This document shows, one piece after another, positions 1 to 9,761 of a stretch of DNA of 34,765 nucleotides. Position numbers and translations under genes: made by a program. The notes under the pieces were generated by a model. The model did no database searches, was not told the DNA's origin, and saw only the letters and a program-made list of their open reading frames with translations. Within the stretch, counting starts at the first letter, position 1; the number at the start of each line of letters is the position of its first letter. Origin of the DNA: an uncultured Micrococcales bacterium (GTDB taxonomy: Bacteria; Actinomycetota; Actinomycetes; Actinomycetales; Microbacteriaceae); assembly GCA_903929105.1 (NCBI GenBank), contig CAIYTL010000215.1, positions 1-34,765 on the forward strand. The letters are read 5' to 3'.

Positions 1-96
1 CTCATGGCACAATTTATACATACCGAGTATGCAAATAGCAAATTGAGAACCCGCACATGTTGAACTATGCCGAGCATTCCGGAAACCACGTTAAAT

Positions 97-126
97 AAAA
101 AACCCACTCGTGGAAGAGTGGGTTTT
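97..126 (-). terminator. Intrinsic terminator downstream of tRNA-Tyr
   Basis: Inverted repeat AAAACCCACTC (99-109) / GAGTGGGTTTT (116-126) with 6-nt loop; T-run follows on the minus strand. Confidence 0.85.
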
Positions 127-128
127 CG

Positions 129-210
129 TGGCTAGTGAGGGATTCGAACCCCCGAAGGCTGAGCCAGCCGAGTTACAGTCGGATCCCTTTGGCCGCTTGG
201 GTAACTAGCC
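129..210 (-). tRNA. tRNA-Tyr(GTA)
   Basis: Reverse complement folds as a cloverleaf: acceptor GGCTAGT/ACTAGCC, anticodon loop CT-GTA-AC, long variable arm, T-loop TTCGAAT; CCA not encoded. Confidence 0.97.
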
Positions 211-284
211 TTGAAGACTGTTATTCAACAATCAACTTTTCAAGAATACTAGAATCGCGCGATGTGCGCTAATCGTTGCCTAAA

Positions 285-363
285 TGTAAACCCTTTCGGT
301 TGTGATTCATTGCCCTGTGGGCTAGATTTGTAAAAAGTTTCATTCAAAATGTAAAAACTTACA
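285..363. promoter_or_regulatory. Three degenerate LacI-family operator-like sites and a -10 box upstream of the lacI gene
   Basis: TGTAAACCCTTTCG (285-298), TGTAAAAAGTTTCA (329-342), TGTAAAAACTTACA (350-363) resemble TGNAANCGNTTNCA; TAGATT at 323-328. Confidence 0.55.
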
Positions 364-372
364 GGATTCCCC

Positions 373-1401
373 ATGGCTGGCATTGAAGACGTTGCAAAAC
401 TTGCGGGCGTGAGCACCGCCACTGTGTCTCGCGCTCTGAGCGGCAAGAACAGTGTTTCGGCAAAAGCGAAGGCAAAAGTTGAGGCAGCTGCGCGTGAGTT
501 GAACTACACCGCTTCTGCAAGTGCTTACACTTTGGCTACCGGGCGCAGTCGAAACATCGGTGTTGTCATGCCTTTTGTAGACCGGTGGTTTTTTTCGGTG
601 ATTCTTGAGGGCATTGAAACTGAGCTAATTGAGCACGGCTATGACCTCACTCTTTATAACTTGAGCGGTGGCGCCGATCAGCGCAGAAAAATCTTTTTTG
701 AATTTTTGAATCGCAAACGCGTTGACGCCTTCATTACGGTCGCTGTCAAACCAAGCGAAGACGAATTGCAGCAGTTGGCAATCGCAGGCATTCCGATTTT
801 GGGCCTCGGCGGGCCCATCTCCGGTGCGCGCACAGTTTCAGTTGATGAGATCGGCGCGGGTCGACTCGCCACCGAACACCTGATTTCACTTGGTCACACC
901 AAAATCGGCAACATCTCGGGAACCCCAGCCAGCGAAATGGAATTTCACCAGCCAAACCTTCGTCGACAAGGCTACCTTGACGCGCTCAAGGCTTCGGGCC
1001 TCACCGCACATGACAGCTGGTTAGCCGAAGCTGACTTCACCATTGCTGGCGCCTACCACGCGACGAAACAGCTCTTGGGTGACCCACGCAATGCCCCGTC
1101 TGCGCTGTTTATCGCAAGTGACGAAATGGCATTTGGCGCAATCATGGCCGCGAAAGACCTTGGTCTTCGGGTTCCGCAAGACGTTTCGATTATTGGCATG
1201 GATGACCACGACATGTCGGAGTTTTTTGGATTAAGCACAATAAGCCAGAACGTTCGACAGCAGGGCTCAAATGCCGCCAAGACGGTAATCGATCTGGTCG
1301 AGAATCTAAAAGACGGTCAGCCGGTAAACGTTGAGCAAAACCGTGAATGGCCCGGCACTTTGATTGTGCGCTCGAGCACAGCACGCCCACCACGCAGCTA
1401 A
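373..1401 (+). CDS. LacI-family transcriptional regulator
   Basis: N-terminal HTH IEDVAKLAGVSTATVSRAL; C-terminal sugar-binding domain with VPQDVSIIGMDD and LIVRSST. Confidence 0.95.
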   Translation: MAGIEDVAKLAGVSTATVSRALSGKNSVSAKAKAKVEAAARELNYTASASAYTLATGRSRNIGVVMPFVDRWFFSVILEGIETELIEHGYDLTLYNLSGGADQRRKIFFEFLNRKRVDAFITVAVKPSEDELQQLAIAGIPILGLGGPISGARTVSVDEIGAGRLATEHLISLGHTKIGNISGTPASEMEFHQPNLRRQGYLDALKASGLTAHDSWLAEADFTIAGAYHATKQLLGDPRNAPSALFIASDEMAFGAIMAAKDLGLRVPQDVSIIGMDDHDMSEFFGLSTISQNVRQQGSNAAKTVIDLVENLKDGQPVNVEQNREWPGTLIVRSSTARPPRS

Positions 1402-1410
1402 ACTAGGCGC

Positions 1411-1899
1411 ATGGCTGATTCATCATTTGACATTGTTTCTAAAGTTGACAAACAAGAGGCTGAGAACGCCCTAAACCAGGCTGCTAAAGAAATTGAGCAG
1501 CGCTATGACTTTAAGGGCGTAGGCGCCTCTATCGAGTGGAGCGGCGAGAAGGTGCTTATGAAAGCATCGACTGACGACCGAGTCAAGGCTGTGCTTGAAG
1601 TTTTTGAGCAAAAGCTGGTCAAGCGCGGCATCTCAATTAAGAGCCTTGACGCTGGCGAGCCGTTCATCTCGGGCAAAGAGAGCCGCATCGAAGCCAAGCT
1701 AAAGCAGGGCATCGAGCAAGACGTAGCTAAGAAGATTTCAAAAATCATCAGAGATGAAGGCCCTAAGAGCATCAAGTCTCAGATTCAAGGCGACGAACTG
1801 CGCGTAACCAGCAAGAGTCGCGATGACCTTCAAGAAGTCATTGCGCTGCTTCGCGGTTCAAACCTTGAAATTGACTTGCAGTTTGTGAACTTTCGCTAA
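1411..1899 (+). CDS. yajQ: YajQ-family nucleotide/c-di-GMP-binding protein
   Basis: [38 protein letters not shown]; usual neighbour of tRNA-Tyr. Confidence 0.95.
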   Translation: MADSSFDIVSKVDKQEAENALNQAAKEIEQRYDFKGVGASIEWSGEKVLMKASTDDRVKAVLEVFEQKLVKRGISIKSLDAGEPFISGKESRIEAKLKQGIEQDVAKKISKIIRDEGPKSIKSQIQGDELRVTSKSRDDLQEVIALLRGSNLEIDLQFVNFR

Positions 1900-4016
1900 A
1901 GTCGCACAACTTCAAAAATCATTGCCTGTTCAGGTTGCAAAATTGGCGTGCGCAAACCTGCGCTCATTAGCCACGCGCCGCTAACCTCGACCCCGTCGAC
2001 CCAGGTGGCGCTGTCAAACTTTTGCATTTTGCCTGGTGCTCCGGCCGGTTCAACCTGGTTGACGCGATAAGTTGCGTTGGCTTCAAGCCCGGCAAAGCGC
2101 ATGGCGTTTGGCAGAATCTGCTTGGCGGTGCGAAGCTGCGCATAGGCAAAGATTGCTCGCGAACCGTCTTGAGCCACAACTCCGTGACTCCAAGCGTTCT
2201 CGTCAATGGCATCAACCCGAACCACTCGACCCGAGTGCAACAGATCGCGATTGGCTTTATAGAAGCTAATAAAACCTGCGAGCTGTTCGAGCTCTAGTTC
2301 GCTGGCCTCGGTTACATCCCATTCGATACCCGCGTGACCCCACATTGCTGTCGCCGCTCTAAACGAGATCGAGTGCGTGCGGCCGCTCGAGTGGGCTTTG
2401 GTTGGCCCAATGTGTGTGCCAAGCAGCTCAGGGGCAATCGCAATGCTGGTGTTTCGATAAATGCTTTGGCGCTCAAGAGCGTCGTTGTTGTCTGACGCCC
2501 AAAAACGATCTGCGTGGTCGATCATGCCCAAGTCGATGCGGCCACCACCCGATGCGCAAGACTCGATTTCGAGCCCAGGGTGACGGCGCTTGAGCTCATC
2601 GAATAAACGATAAATTGCCAAAGTTTGAGCTCGCACCGCGGCACGCTCAAAGTGACCAGGGTCGGTGATTGGTCGGTTGTGATCCCATTTGATGTAGGCA
2701 ATGTCATATTCGCTCAGAATCGCGTCAACCTGGCCCAACACATGTTCATATGCGCCTGGGTGAGTTAGATCAAGCACTTGTTGCCAGCGCGCTTCAACGG
2801 GCGTGCGGCCGCCAGCCTGCATGATCCACTCTGGGTGTGTTCTATAGAGGTCACTGTTTGGGTTGACCATTTCGGCTTCAAACCACAAGCCAAACTCCAT
2901 GCCGTTGGCCTTGACCACGTCAATCAGCGGCTTAAAACCATTAGGCCAAACATCGGTCGAAACCACCCAGTCGCCAAGGCCGGCGGTGTCATCGCGGCGG
3001 GCACCAAACCACCCGTCGTCAAGCACAAAACGCTCAACGCCGATGCGACCGGCAACCTCAGCCAGCGCGGTGAGTTTGGAAAGGTCGTGGTTCATATATA
3101 CGGCCTCCCAAACGTTGAGGCTGACCGGTCGCGGGCGAATGTTCGTCACGTGCCCCGCGCGCGCACGCTGGTAACGGTGCAAACGATCGCTGGCGCCATC
3201 AACGCCCTGGTTCGAGTAGGTAGCAATCACGGTTGGAGCGTTGTAGGTTTCGCCGGCTGCCAAAATCACTTCGCCTGGCAACAACAACTCGCCGGCACCG
3301 ATTTGGGTGCGGCCGACCATTTCACGTTCGATGCTGTGCACATTGTTGCCGCTCCATGCCAGCGAGAGGCCCCAAACTTCGCCGTTTTGAAAACTTGCGT
3401 TCTCGGTGGTGGCGAACTGCACGATTGTGTAATCGTGACCGGTGCGGCCCTCGTGGCTTTCGCGCACGTGCTTGCCGACGCTGATTTTGACGCGCTGCGC
3501 TTGGCGCTCGCGCATCCATCGGCCATGAAAATCAAGAATGTCAGTTGCATAGTCGGGCAGTGGCAAGAAAGCCATGAGGCCGTCAACGTTGAAGGATTCG
3601 GCACCCAAGTTGGTGACGCGCGGCGTGACCTTGACCAGGCCAGACTCGATGATTTCGTAGGTCAGGGCAACTTCGAGACCCGCGTGCTCGTCGCGCGAAA
3701 CAAACTCGAGACTGTGGTCTGTGGGCGTCGACACTGACGCAAGTTCAAACTTTTGGCTAAAGGCGCGGCCAGCACGGTGGCCCTGTAAAGCTGGTTGGCC
3801 CAAGAAGGCGCGAGCGTTTTCACGCCAGACTCCCCCGCGATGCGATTGGTCGAATAAGCCGTGAGGCGTTGGCTCGGTGACAGCCGTCAGATATTGTTCG
3901 GGGTCGGTGATGACAGGCAAAGCTCGACCCCAATGAATAATGTTTGGGGTGCCAGTGCTGGTTTCAATAAGCAGCGAGACGCCGTCGCGCGAAAGGTGAA
4001 AAAGTTGCTTTGCCAT
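1896..4016 (-). CDS. Alpha-galactosidase, glycoside hydrolase family 36
   Basis: [35 protein letters not shown] motifs; start moved to ATG 4016, 7 nt after -10 TAAGAT (4029-4024). Confidence 0.93.
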   Translation of the reverse strand: MAKQLFHLSRDGVSLLIETSTGTPNIIHWGRALPVITDPEQYLTAVTEPTPHGLFDQSHRGGVWRENARAFLGQPALQGHRAGRAFSQKFELASVSTPTDHSLEFVSRDEHAGLEVALTYEIIESGLVKVTPRVTNLGAESFNVDGLMAFLPLPDYATDILDFHGRWMRERQAQRVKISVGKHVRESHEGRTGHDYTIVQFATTENASFQNGEVWGLSLAWSGNNVHSIEREMVGRTQIGAGELLLPGEVILAAGETYNAPTVIATYSNQGVDGASDRLHRYQRARAGHVTNIRPRPVSLNVWEAVYMNHDLSKLTALAEVAGRIGVERFVLDDGWFGARRDDTAGLGDWVVSTDVWPNGFKPLIDVVKANGMEFGLWFEAEMVNPNSDLYRTHPEWIMQAGGRTPVEARWQQVLDLTHPGAYEHVLGQVDAILSEYDIAYIKWDHNRPITDPGHFERAAVRAQTLAIYRLFDELKRRHPGLEIESCASGGGRIDLGMIDHADRFWASDNNDALERQSIYRNTSIAIAPELLGTHIGPTKAHSSGRTHSISFRAATAMWGHAGIEWDVTEASELELEQLAGFISFYKANRDLLHSGRVVRVDAIDENAWSHGVVAQDGSRAIFAYAQLRTAKQILPNAMRFAGLEANATYRVNQVEPAGAPGKMQKFDSATWVDGVEVSGAWLMSAGLRTPILQPEQAMIFEVVRL

Positions 4017-4032
4017 GCGGTCAATCTTATTG

Positions 4033-4046
4033 TGCAAGCGATTGCA
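4033..4046. promoter_or_regulatory. LacI-family operator in the GH36 promoter
   Basis: TGCAAGCGATTGCA matches TGNAANCGNTTNCA with central CG; lies just upstream of the -10 box. Confidence 0.8.
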
Positions 4047-4083
4047 AAATAGGTGGTTCAACTAACCGTTGGCCAGCTGTGAC

Positions 4084-5094
4084 CTAGTTTGAACGGTCAA
4101 CAACGGCTTCGGCAAAAAGCTCTAAAGCTGTTTTCACCGAGCTCTTGGGCATAACAGCGAGTGCCGCAACAGCTTCTTGCGACCAACGCTTGGCCTCTTG
4201 ATAAGCAGCCTCAGTGACTTCGTGGTCGCGCAACTTGTCGACCACAATCTGCAGCTGTTCATCGCTCGAAAGGTCGCCGTCGATAAGCGCAAGCAGAGCG
4301 GCAGCATCGGCATCGGTTTTTGCTTGCTCGCGAAGCAACAGAACCGGCAAAGTTGGCACGCCAGCTCGCAGGTCGGTTCCAGGGGTTTTGCCCGAAGCAC
4401 CGCTGCGGTCTTGAAGGTCAATCACATCGTCAATCAGCTGAAAAGCCACGCCGATCTTTTCACCAAAAATGCGAAGCGGCTCAAGATATTCCTCAGGCGC
4501 ACCCGAGAACATGAGGCCAAGTTGAGCTGAAGCAGCAATCAGCGAACCTGTTTTGTCGGCCAAAACTTGAATGTAGTGGTCAATCACGTTTTCACCTTCG
4601 GCCGGGCCGACAGTTTCGTGAAGCTGACCAATGCAGAGCCGTTCAAAAGTGTCAGCCTGCAGAGTAAGTGCCCGTTCGCCAAGTCGGCTAACCAACTGCG
4701 ATGCGCGCGCCAGCAAGAGGTCGCCGGTCAAAATCGCAACACTGTTGCCCCAGATTTCGTGAGCGGTTGGCACACCGCGGCGGGTAGGGGCTTCATCCAT
4801 GACGTCATCGTGATAAAGAGTTGCCAGGTGGGTTAGCTCAACCACAACGGCAGATTCTTGCACACCAAAACGAGTGGCATCGCCCAGCTGGGCAGCCAGC
4901 AAGACCAGAGTTGGGCGCAGGCGCTTGCCACCAGCCTCGGCCAAGTGGCGCGAGGTGGCATTTGCGATTGGGTCTGTGTGGGCAACGGCAGCGATTAGCG
5001 CTGTTTCAACCTGGGCAAGCCCAGCCTTGACAGAGTTGATCAGTTTTAGGTCAGTGACGCGGCGAAGCTGTTTTGGCAGGGCGATATCAACCAT
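4084..5094 (-). CDS. Polyprenyl diphosphate synthase (menaquinone side chain, HepT/GrcC-like)
   Basis: GGKRLRP, HDDVMD..RRG, FQLIDDVID aspartate-rich motifs; directly follows menG. Confidence 0.93.
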   Translation of the reverse strand: MVDIALPKQLRRVTDLKLINSVKAGLAQVETALIAAVAHTDPIANATSRHLAEAGGKRLRPTLVLLAAQLGDATRFGVQESAVVVELTHLATLYHDDVMDEAPTRRGVPTAHEIWGNSVAILTGDLLLARASQLVSRLGERALTLQADTFERLCIGQLHETVGPAEGENVIDHYIQVLADKTGSLIAASAQLGLMFSGAPEEYLEPLRIFGEKIGVAFQLIDDVIDLQDRSGASGKTPGTDLRAGVPTLPVLLLREQAKTDADAAALLALIDGDLSSDEQLQIVVDKLRDHEVTEAAYQEAKRWSQEAVAALAVMPKSSVKTALELFAEAVVDRSN

Positions 5095-5096
5095 GC

Positions 5097-5822
5097 TTAG
5101 GCCGCCTTAGTTGTGCCAGATTTGCCGCCAGCGGGTTTAGTGGCAATGTGCAGTGCCACAACACCAAAACTTAAGTTGCGCACCTGCACGTCTTGCCAAC
5201 CCGCCTCGGCAACAAGTGCGGCTAGCGATTCTTGACTGTGCCAAGCTTCGATCGACTCCGAAAGGTAGCCATAGGCTTCAGGTGCTTTGCTGCTCCAACC
5301 CGAAATGGTTGGCAAAAGTTTGGTCAAATAAAAACGATAGAGCGGGCGCAAAACCGGGTTGGTTACTTTGCTGAACTCGCAGATCACAAGTTTGCCGCCA
5401 GGCTTGGTTACCCTGAGCATTTCGCGCACTGCCTGCGCGGTGTCGACCACGTTTCGAAGGCCAAAAGAAATGGTTGCGGTGTCAAACTCGTTATCGCCAA
5501 AAGGCAATTTGGTTGCATCGGCAAAAACAAACTCAAGCTGAGGGCGCTTTTTGCGACCGGCGGCGAGCATTCCCTCAGAAAAGTCGGCAGCAATAACGCG
5601 CACGCCTGGCTTGGCATAGACCACGCTAGAAACGCCGGTGCCGGCTGCGAGGTCGAGAATGCTTTGGCCAGACTTAGGTGCAACCGCCTTTAGTGCGGCG
5701 CGACGCCACAACTGGTCTTGACCCACCGACAAACAGGTGTTTGTTATGTCGTAGGTTGGTGCCACCGCATCAAACATGGCGGCGACTTCAGCTGGCTTTT
5801 TGGCCAAATCAGCTTTGCTCAC
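5097..5822 (-). CDS. menG: Demethylmenaquinone methyltransferase
   Basis: AMFDAVAPTYD, LDLAAGTG SAM motif, TISFGLRNV, AYGYLSESI; men cluster context. Confidence 0.93.
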   Translation of the reverse strand: MSKADLAKKPAEVAAMFDAVAPTYDITNTCLSVGQDQLWRRAALKAVAPKSGQSILDLAAGTGVSSVVYAKPGVRVIAADFSEGMLAAGRKKRPQLEFVFADATKLPFGDNEFDTATISFGLRNVVDTAQAVREMLRVTKPGGKLVICEFSKVTNPVLRPLYRFYLTKLLPTISGWSSKAPEAYGYLSESIEAWHSQESLAALVAEAGWQDVQVRNLSFGVVALHIATKPAGGKSGTTKAA

Positions 5823-5942
5823 GAGCCAAGTCTAGCCTGCGCCCGAAAACCAAAACGAGGCTGTTCGCTGTTAGCTATGGCGAGCAAAATAGGCTCTCGT
5901 TGAAGGAATAGAATTCTTAGGCACGAAGGTTCTAACTTATGT

Positions 5943-7262
5943 TTGCCTAACCAAAACCTAAGACTGGTCGTCGATTTGTCGAGTTCTAACAGCACGCCTT
6001 TGAGCGCCAAAACTCGCCTGCTCTCACCAGACACAAAAATTTGGCAACTTATAAATTATTTGCCCGCTGAAAACCCACTGGCTTTTGTGCGCGGCGGTTC
6101 GGGAATCATCGGATTCGGCGAAGCCCTAAAGCTAACTGCGATTGGCCCCGACCGAATGACCGAGCTTGCAAAAGCCTGGCGCCAAACTGTTGCAACCGCT
6201 GAGGTTGAGAACACTTTGGTTTGGCCGGGCAGTGGTCTAGTAGCTTTTGGTTCGGTTGCTTTCGCCGATGATTCGACCGCCGAGAGCATTTTGATTGTGC
6301 CGCGGCTAGTTTTAGGCAGCCACGATGGCGAGGTTTGGTTAACCGAGATTCAAGCTGCCGATGCCGACGGCGAGGCGAACATCGAAGCTGAATGGGCCAA
6401 AATTTTTAGTAATAACTCCGGCAAGCCTCACCAGTTTTCGGCGAATCTGCACGCGGGTCAGATCAGCCCAGATGGTTTTTCAAACAACGTCGAGGCGGCT
6501 CTCGAAGCGTTGACCAAAGGCGACCTAAAAAAAGTTGTGCTAGCGCGCGATGTTGTTGCCGATTTGCCAGCAGATTTTGATATTCGCAATGTGCTTCGAC
6601 AGTTAAGCGATAGCTACCCGACCTGCTGGATCTATAACGTTGACGGCACATTCGGTGCCTCACCAGAGCTGTTGGTTAGAGTTTCGCACGGGCAAGTATC
6701 AGCTCGAGTCTTGGCAGGCACGGCCGGGCGCGGCACCGACCCGGGCATTGACAACGCGATTGCGTCGGCACTCGTGGGCTCGGCCAAGAACCTTGCTGAA
6801 CACGCCTTTGCGGTCAACTCTTTGGTCGAAGCGCTCGAGCCTTTTTGCAGCCACGTCGATGCCGACCCAACCCCATTTAGTTTGGCACTGCCGAACCTTT
6901 GGCATCTGGCCAGCGATGTGCATGGAGTTTTGAAAACTGGGTCTTCGGCCCTTGACCTTGCAGCGGCGCTGCACCCTACCGCCGCAGTCGCAGGCACACC
7001 GCGCAATCTTGCGCTCGACTTTATTTCTCGTGTTGAAGGCATCGACCGCGGCCGTTACGCTGCCCCAGTCGGTTGGATCAGCGCCGACGGCGACGGCGAA
7101 TGGGCAATCGCCCTGCGCGGCGGTCAGCTCACTGACGGCGAAGGTCAAAGTCAGACCCTGCGAGCTTTTGCGGGTTGCGGAGTGGTGGCCGGTTCAACTG
7201 CGTCGGCCGAACTGGCCGAAACCAGCCTCAAATTTGCGCCTATTCGCGACGCCCTGGCCTAA
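5943..7262 (+). CDS. menF: Isochorismate synthase (start uncertain: TTG 5943, 5976 or 6000)
   Basis: KVVLAR, GASPELL, LAGT, LHPTAAVAGTP, DRGRYAAPVGW, FAGCGVV. Confidence 0.9.
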   Translation: MPNQNLRLVVDLSSSNSTPLSAKTRLLSPDTKIWQLINYLPAENPLAFVRGGSGIIGFGEALKLTAIGPDRMTELAKAWRQTVATAEVENTLVWPGSGLVAFGSVAFADDSTAESILIVPRLVLGSHDGEVWLTEIQAADADGEANIEAEWAKIFSNNSGKPHQFSANLHAGQISPDGFSNNVEAALEALTKGDLKKVVLARDVVADLPADFDIRNVLRQLSDSYPTCWIYNVDGTFGASPELLVRVSHGQVSARVLAGTAGRGTDPGIDNAIASALVGSAKNLAEHAFAVNSLVEALEPFCSHVDADPTPFSLALPNLWHLASDVHGVLKTGSSALDLAAALHPTAAVAGTPRNLALDFISRVEGIDRGRYAAPVGWISADGDGEWAIALRGGQLTDGEGQSQTLRAFAGCGVVAGSTASAELAETSLKFAPIRDALA

Positions 7263-7266
7263 ATCT

Positions 7267-8904
7267 TTAGCGCAGATCGATTTCGATAATCACGCGGCCG
7301 CTGCCAGCTAGCGCGGTGCGAAGTTCATCTAAAGTTTTTACCAACTGATGTTGCCACCCATAAGCGCCAGCCAAACCCCAAATGTCTACTTTTTGGGGTG
7401 TGCGAAATAGTCTGTCGAAAGATTCGGTCTCGAGCTGTGAAGCCATTTCGAGCGACTCAAAAATCGAGCCACCACCGTCATTGACCACTATGACCTGCAG
7501 GTTGGCCGGTTGCGCGCCAAGCGCATCGCCCGCGAGCGAACCAGCATCGTGAAGCAACGTGAGGTCACCGAGCAAAACTCGCGTTGTGCCCTCGGGGTTG
7601 TGCAGTGCGATGCCGTTAGCCGTGGCGATGGTTCCGTCGATGCCAGCCAAACCGCGGTTGGCAAAAATGCGAATGGCCTTGGCTGGGGCCATGGCGTCTG
7701 CCTCGCGAATCATGCGGCTAGCGCCAAGCACGAGGTCGTCTTGGCCGCCGGTTGCGCCCCAAACTTCGCGCACAATGTTCGCACGGTTGAGTTGACCGGC
7801 AGTCTTGCTTGAAACCACTGCAGCGTCAAGGTGGCGCCACTTGGCCAGCCATTCAAATGGCACTTCGTCATCAAAAACCAGCTCGTCAACCTGAGCCTTG
7901 GCGCGGCGTGAAACATCAAAGTGCCCCATAGTCGCGCTTCGCACAACATACACCTCAACATCTTCACGCTTCAAGAGGGCGATTGCAGCACGGCCCAGAG
8001 TTGGCTTGCCATAAACCACAACGCGCCCGATCTCTCCAACCAAAGTCGAGTGGTCAGCCAAAAGTGTTCGGTAATGCAAAATCGCGTTTGAGCCATATCG
8101 AGCACCCGAAGATGGCTCGGCCAGCAGGGGCAGGCCATAGCTTTCGGCAAACTCCACAGCGTGCTCGCCTGCGCCGGCGCCTGCCAAAACCACGGTTGGC
8201 ACACTGGCACTCAGAACTGCAAAACGCGGCTCAACTTGCACTCGCTCGGGCAACGCCACCGAAACCTTCAGCTGTGCCGCGTTGGGCTCGGCTGCCGATA
8301 GCGGCTCTCTGAAGCAAAGGTTGAGTTGCACCGGCCCCGGTCGCAACAGGTCGTCGGTTGCCGGGCTTGCGGCCGGGCGTGACCAGGCGAGTGAAATTGA
8401 AACGGTGCGGGCGGCTAACGCGCTCACCTCACGCAAACCAGCTTCGTCGACATCGTCCATGGTCGGTGCGGGCACGTCGACACACTCGCGAACTGCATCG
8501 CCAAAAATGCCCACCTGATTCGTAGTCTGGTTAGACCCGACGCCGCGAAGCTCTGCCGGGCGATCGGCTGTGAGCAAAATAAGTGGCAGACCAGAGTGCG
8601 ATGCTTCTAAAACTGACGGATGCAAGTTTGCAACCGCGGTGCCCGAAGTGGTGATGATGATTGACGGCTCACCTGAGCCCAGCGCACTGCCGAGAGCATT
8701 GAAACCGAGAGAGCGCTCGTCAAGGTGCACGTGAAGGTCGATTAGGCCGGCAGCGGCCAGCTGACCAGCGGCAATTGCCAACGCCTGTGAGCGAGCACCT
8801 GGTGCTAAGAACACTTGACGCACGCCAAGTTTTGCAAAACTGGCCATGAGCTGTGCCGCAAAAATCTGGGCTGGGCTAGTTGCGCCCTGGTTTGAATGAG
8901 TCAC
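7267..8904 (-). CDS. menD: SEPHCHC synthase
   Basis: APGARSQAL, DERSLGF, TTSGTAVANL, LTADRP, NRGLAGIDG, GDLT..VNDGGGSIF ThDP motif. Confidence 0.95.
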   Translation of the reverse strand: MTHSNQGATSPAQIFAAQLMASFAKLGVRQVFLAPGARSQALAIAAGQLAAAGLIDLHVHLDERSLGFNALGSALGSGEPSIIITTSGTAVANLHPSVLEASHSGLPLILLTADRPAELRGVGSNQTTNQVGIFGDAVRECVDVPAPTMDDVDEAGLREVSALAARTVSISLAWSRPAASPATDDLLRPGPVQLNLCFREPLSAAEPNAAQLKVSVALPERVQVEPRFAVLSASVPTVVLAGAGAGEHAVEFAESYGLPLLAEPSSGARYGSNAILHYRTLLADHSTLVGEIGRVVVYGKPTLGRAAIALLKREDVEVYVVRSATMGHFDVSRRAKAQVDELVFDDEVPFEWLAKWRHLDAAVVSSKTAGQLNRANIVREVWGATGGQDDLVLGASRMIREADAMAPAKAIRIFANRGLAGIDGTIATANGIALHNPEGTTRVLLGDLTLLHDAGSLAGDALGAQPANLQVIVVNDGGGSIFESLEMASQLETESFDRLFRTPQKVDIWGLAGAYGWQHQLVKTLDELRTALAGSGRVIIEIDLR

Positions 8905-9437
8905 TTTTTGTCGCCCGATTCTTCGTCGCCAGGTTCTTCGTGGCTCGAATCGCGTTGAGGGGCAGTGCCGTCTGCCGCACTGGGCTGAGTTTCTTCTGAA
9001 TCTTTGCGTTGCTTCTTTAATTTGCGATCGAGTTCACGCAGAAATTCTGGGTCGTCATCGGGCGCTACAGGGCCTTTGCGTTGGCGAGGCTCAGGTTGAT
9101 ATTTGAAGTCTGGAGGCAAGTTTGGCTGGTGATTTTCATCGTCGTCCAAGCCCAAGAAATTTTTCAAAAACACCAGCATGCCGCCTTGGCGCGGTTCACT
9201 AGTTTTCGCGCCACCAGTGGGTTTGCTCGACGCGCCAGCGTAGCCTTGCTCACCGGCAACCGGACGGCCAAAAATCAAATATGCGATGCCGCCGAGCACC
9301 GGAAAAACCACACAAAGCAGAATCCAGACCCACTTTGGCATGGTGCGAACAGCTGAGGCCTCGGCGCTGGCTACAAAAACCAACACAAAAACCTCAAACA
9401 CCACGGCAGCAATTGCCGCCAACAAAACCATGCGCAT
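8901..9437 (-). CDS. PLDc_N-domain membrane protein
   Basis: Two TM helices with PKWVWILL..PVLGGIAYLIFGRP, then APDDDPEFL; usual gene upstream of menD. Confidence 0.8.
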   Translation of the reverse strand: MRMVLLAAIAAVVFEVFVLVFVASAEASAVRTMPKWVWILLCVVFPVLGGIAYLIFGRPVAGEQGYAGASSKPTGGAKTSEPRQGGMLVFLKNFLGLDDDENHQPNLPPDFKYQPEPRQRKGPVAPDDDPEFLRELDRKLKKQRKDSEETQPSAADGTAPQRDSSHEEPGDEESGDKK

Positions 9438-9476
9438 TGTTTAACTCTATGCCAGCGCAAACCTAGACTTGAAGTT

Positions 9477-9758
9477 ATGAAAAACGCGTGGGCAAACTAT
9501 CTGTTTCTAAGAATCGGTCTCTTCGTTGGCATTTTGGTGATTTTGCTTTTGCTAAACATTGACCAGTTCGTTGCTGCGATTTTGGCGGCCGTTTTGTCGC
9601 TTGCGATTTCGCTTTTGTTTTTCAACCGTCAACGCAATGCGCTTTCTGAAGCGGTGTATCGCCGCATCGAAAAGCGCAAAAAGTTTGGCGAAACCGATGT
9701 CGATAGCGATGTCGAAAACGCCCTGCTTGACGAAGCCGACGGGTCGAAAGACCAATAG
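9477..9758 (+). CDS. DUF4229-like small membrane protein
   Basis: Y..LR.GLF, two TM helices, acidic D.D.E tail; conserved position next to menA. Confidence 0.75.
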   Translation: MKNAWANYLFLRIGLFVGILVILLLLNIDQFVAAILAAVLSLAISLLFFNRQRNALSEAVYRRIEKRKKFGETDVDSDVENALLDEADGSKDQ

Positions 9759-9761
9759 TCT

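Noticed and set aside
1-31. ATG at 5 (minus strand) with TAAATT box and CATAC-CGA-GTATG palindrome
   Set aside because: Probably a gene running out of the window; too little sequence to call
60-210. Possible integrative element at the tRNA-Tyr 3' end
   Set aside because: No integrase or duplicated tRNA end seen; the terminator directly follows the tRNA
2778-3737. 319-aa ORF antisense to GH36, and similar shadow ORFs (e.g. 12732-13295, 15237-15881, 32033-32680)
   Set aside because: Overlap well-supported genes and have no recognisable motifs; expected from codon bias
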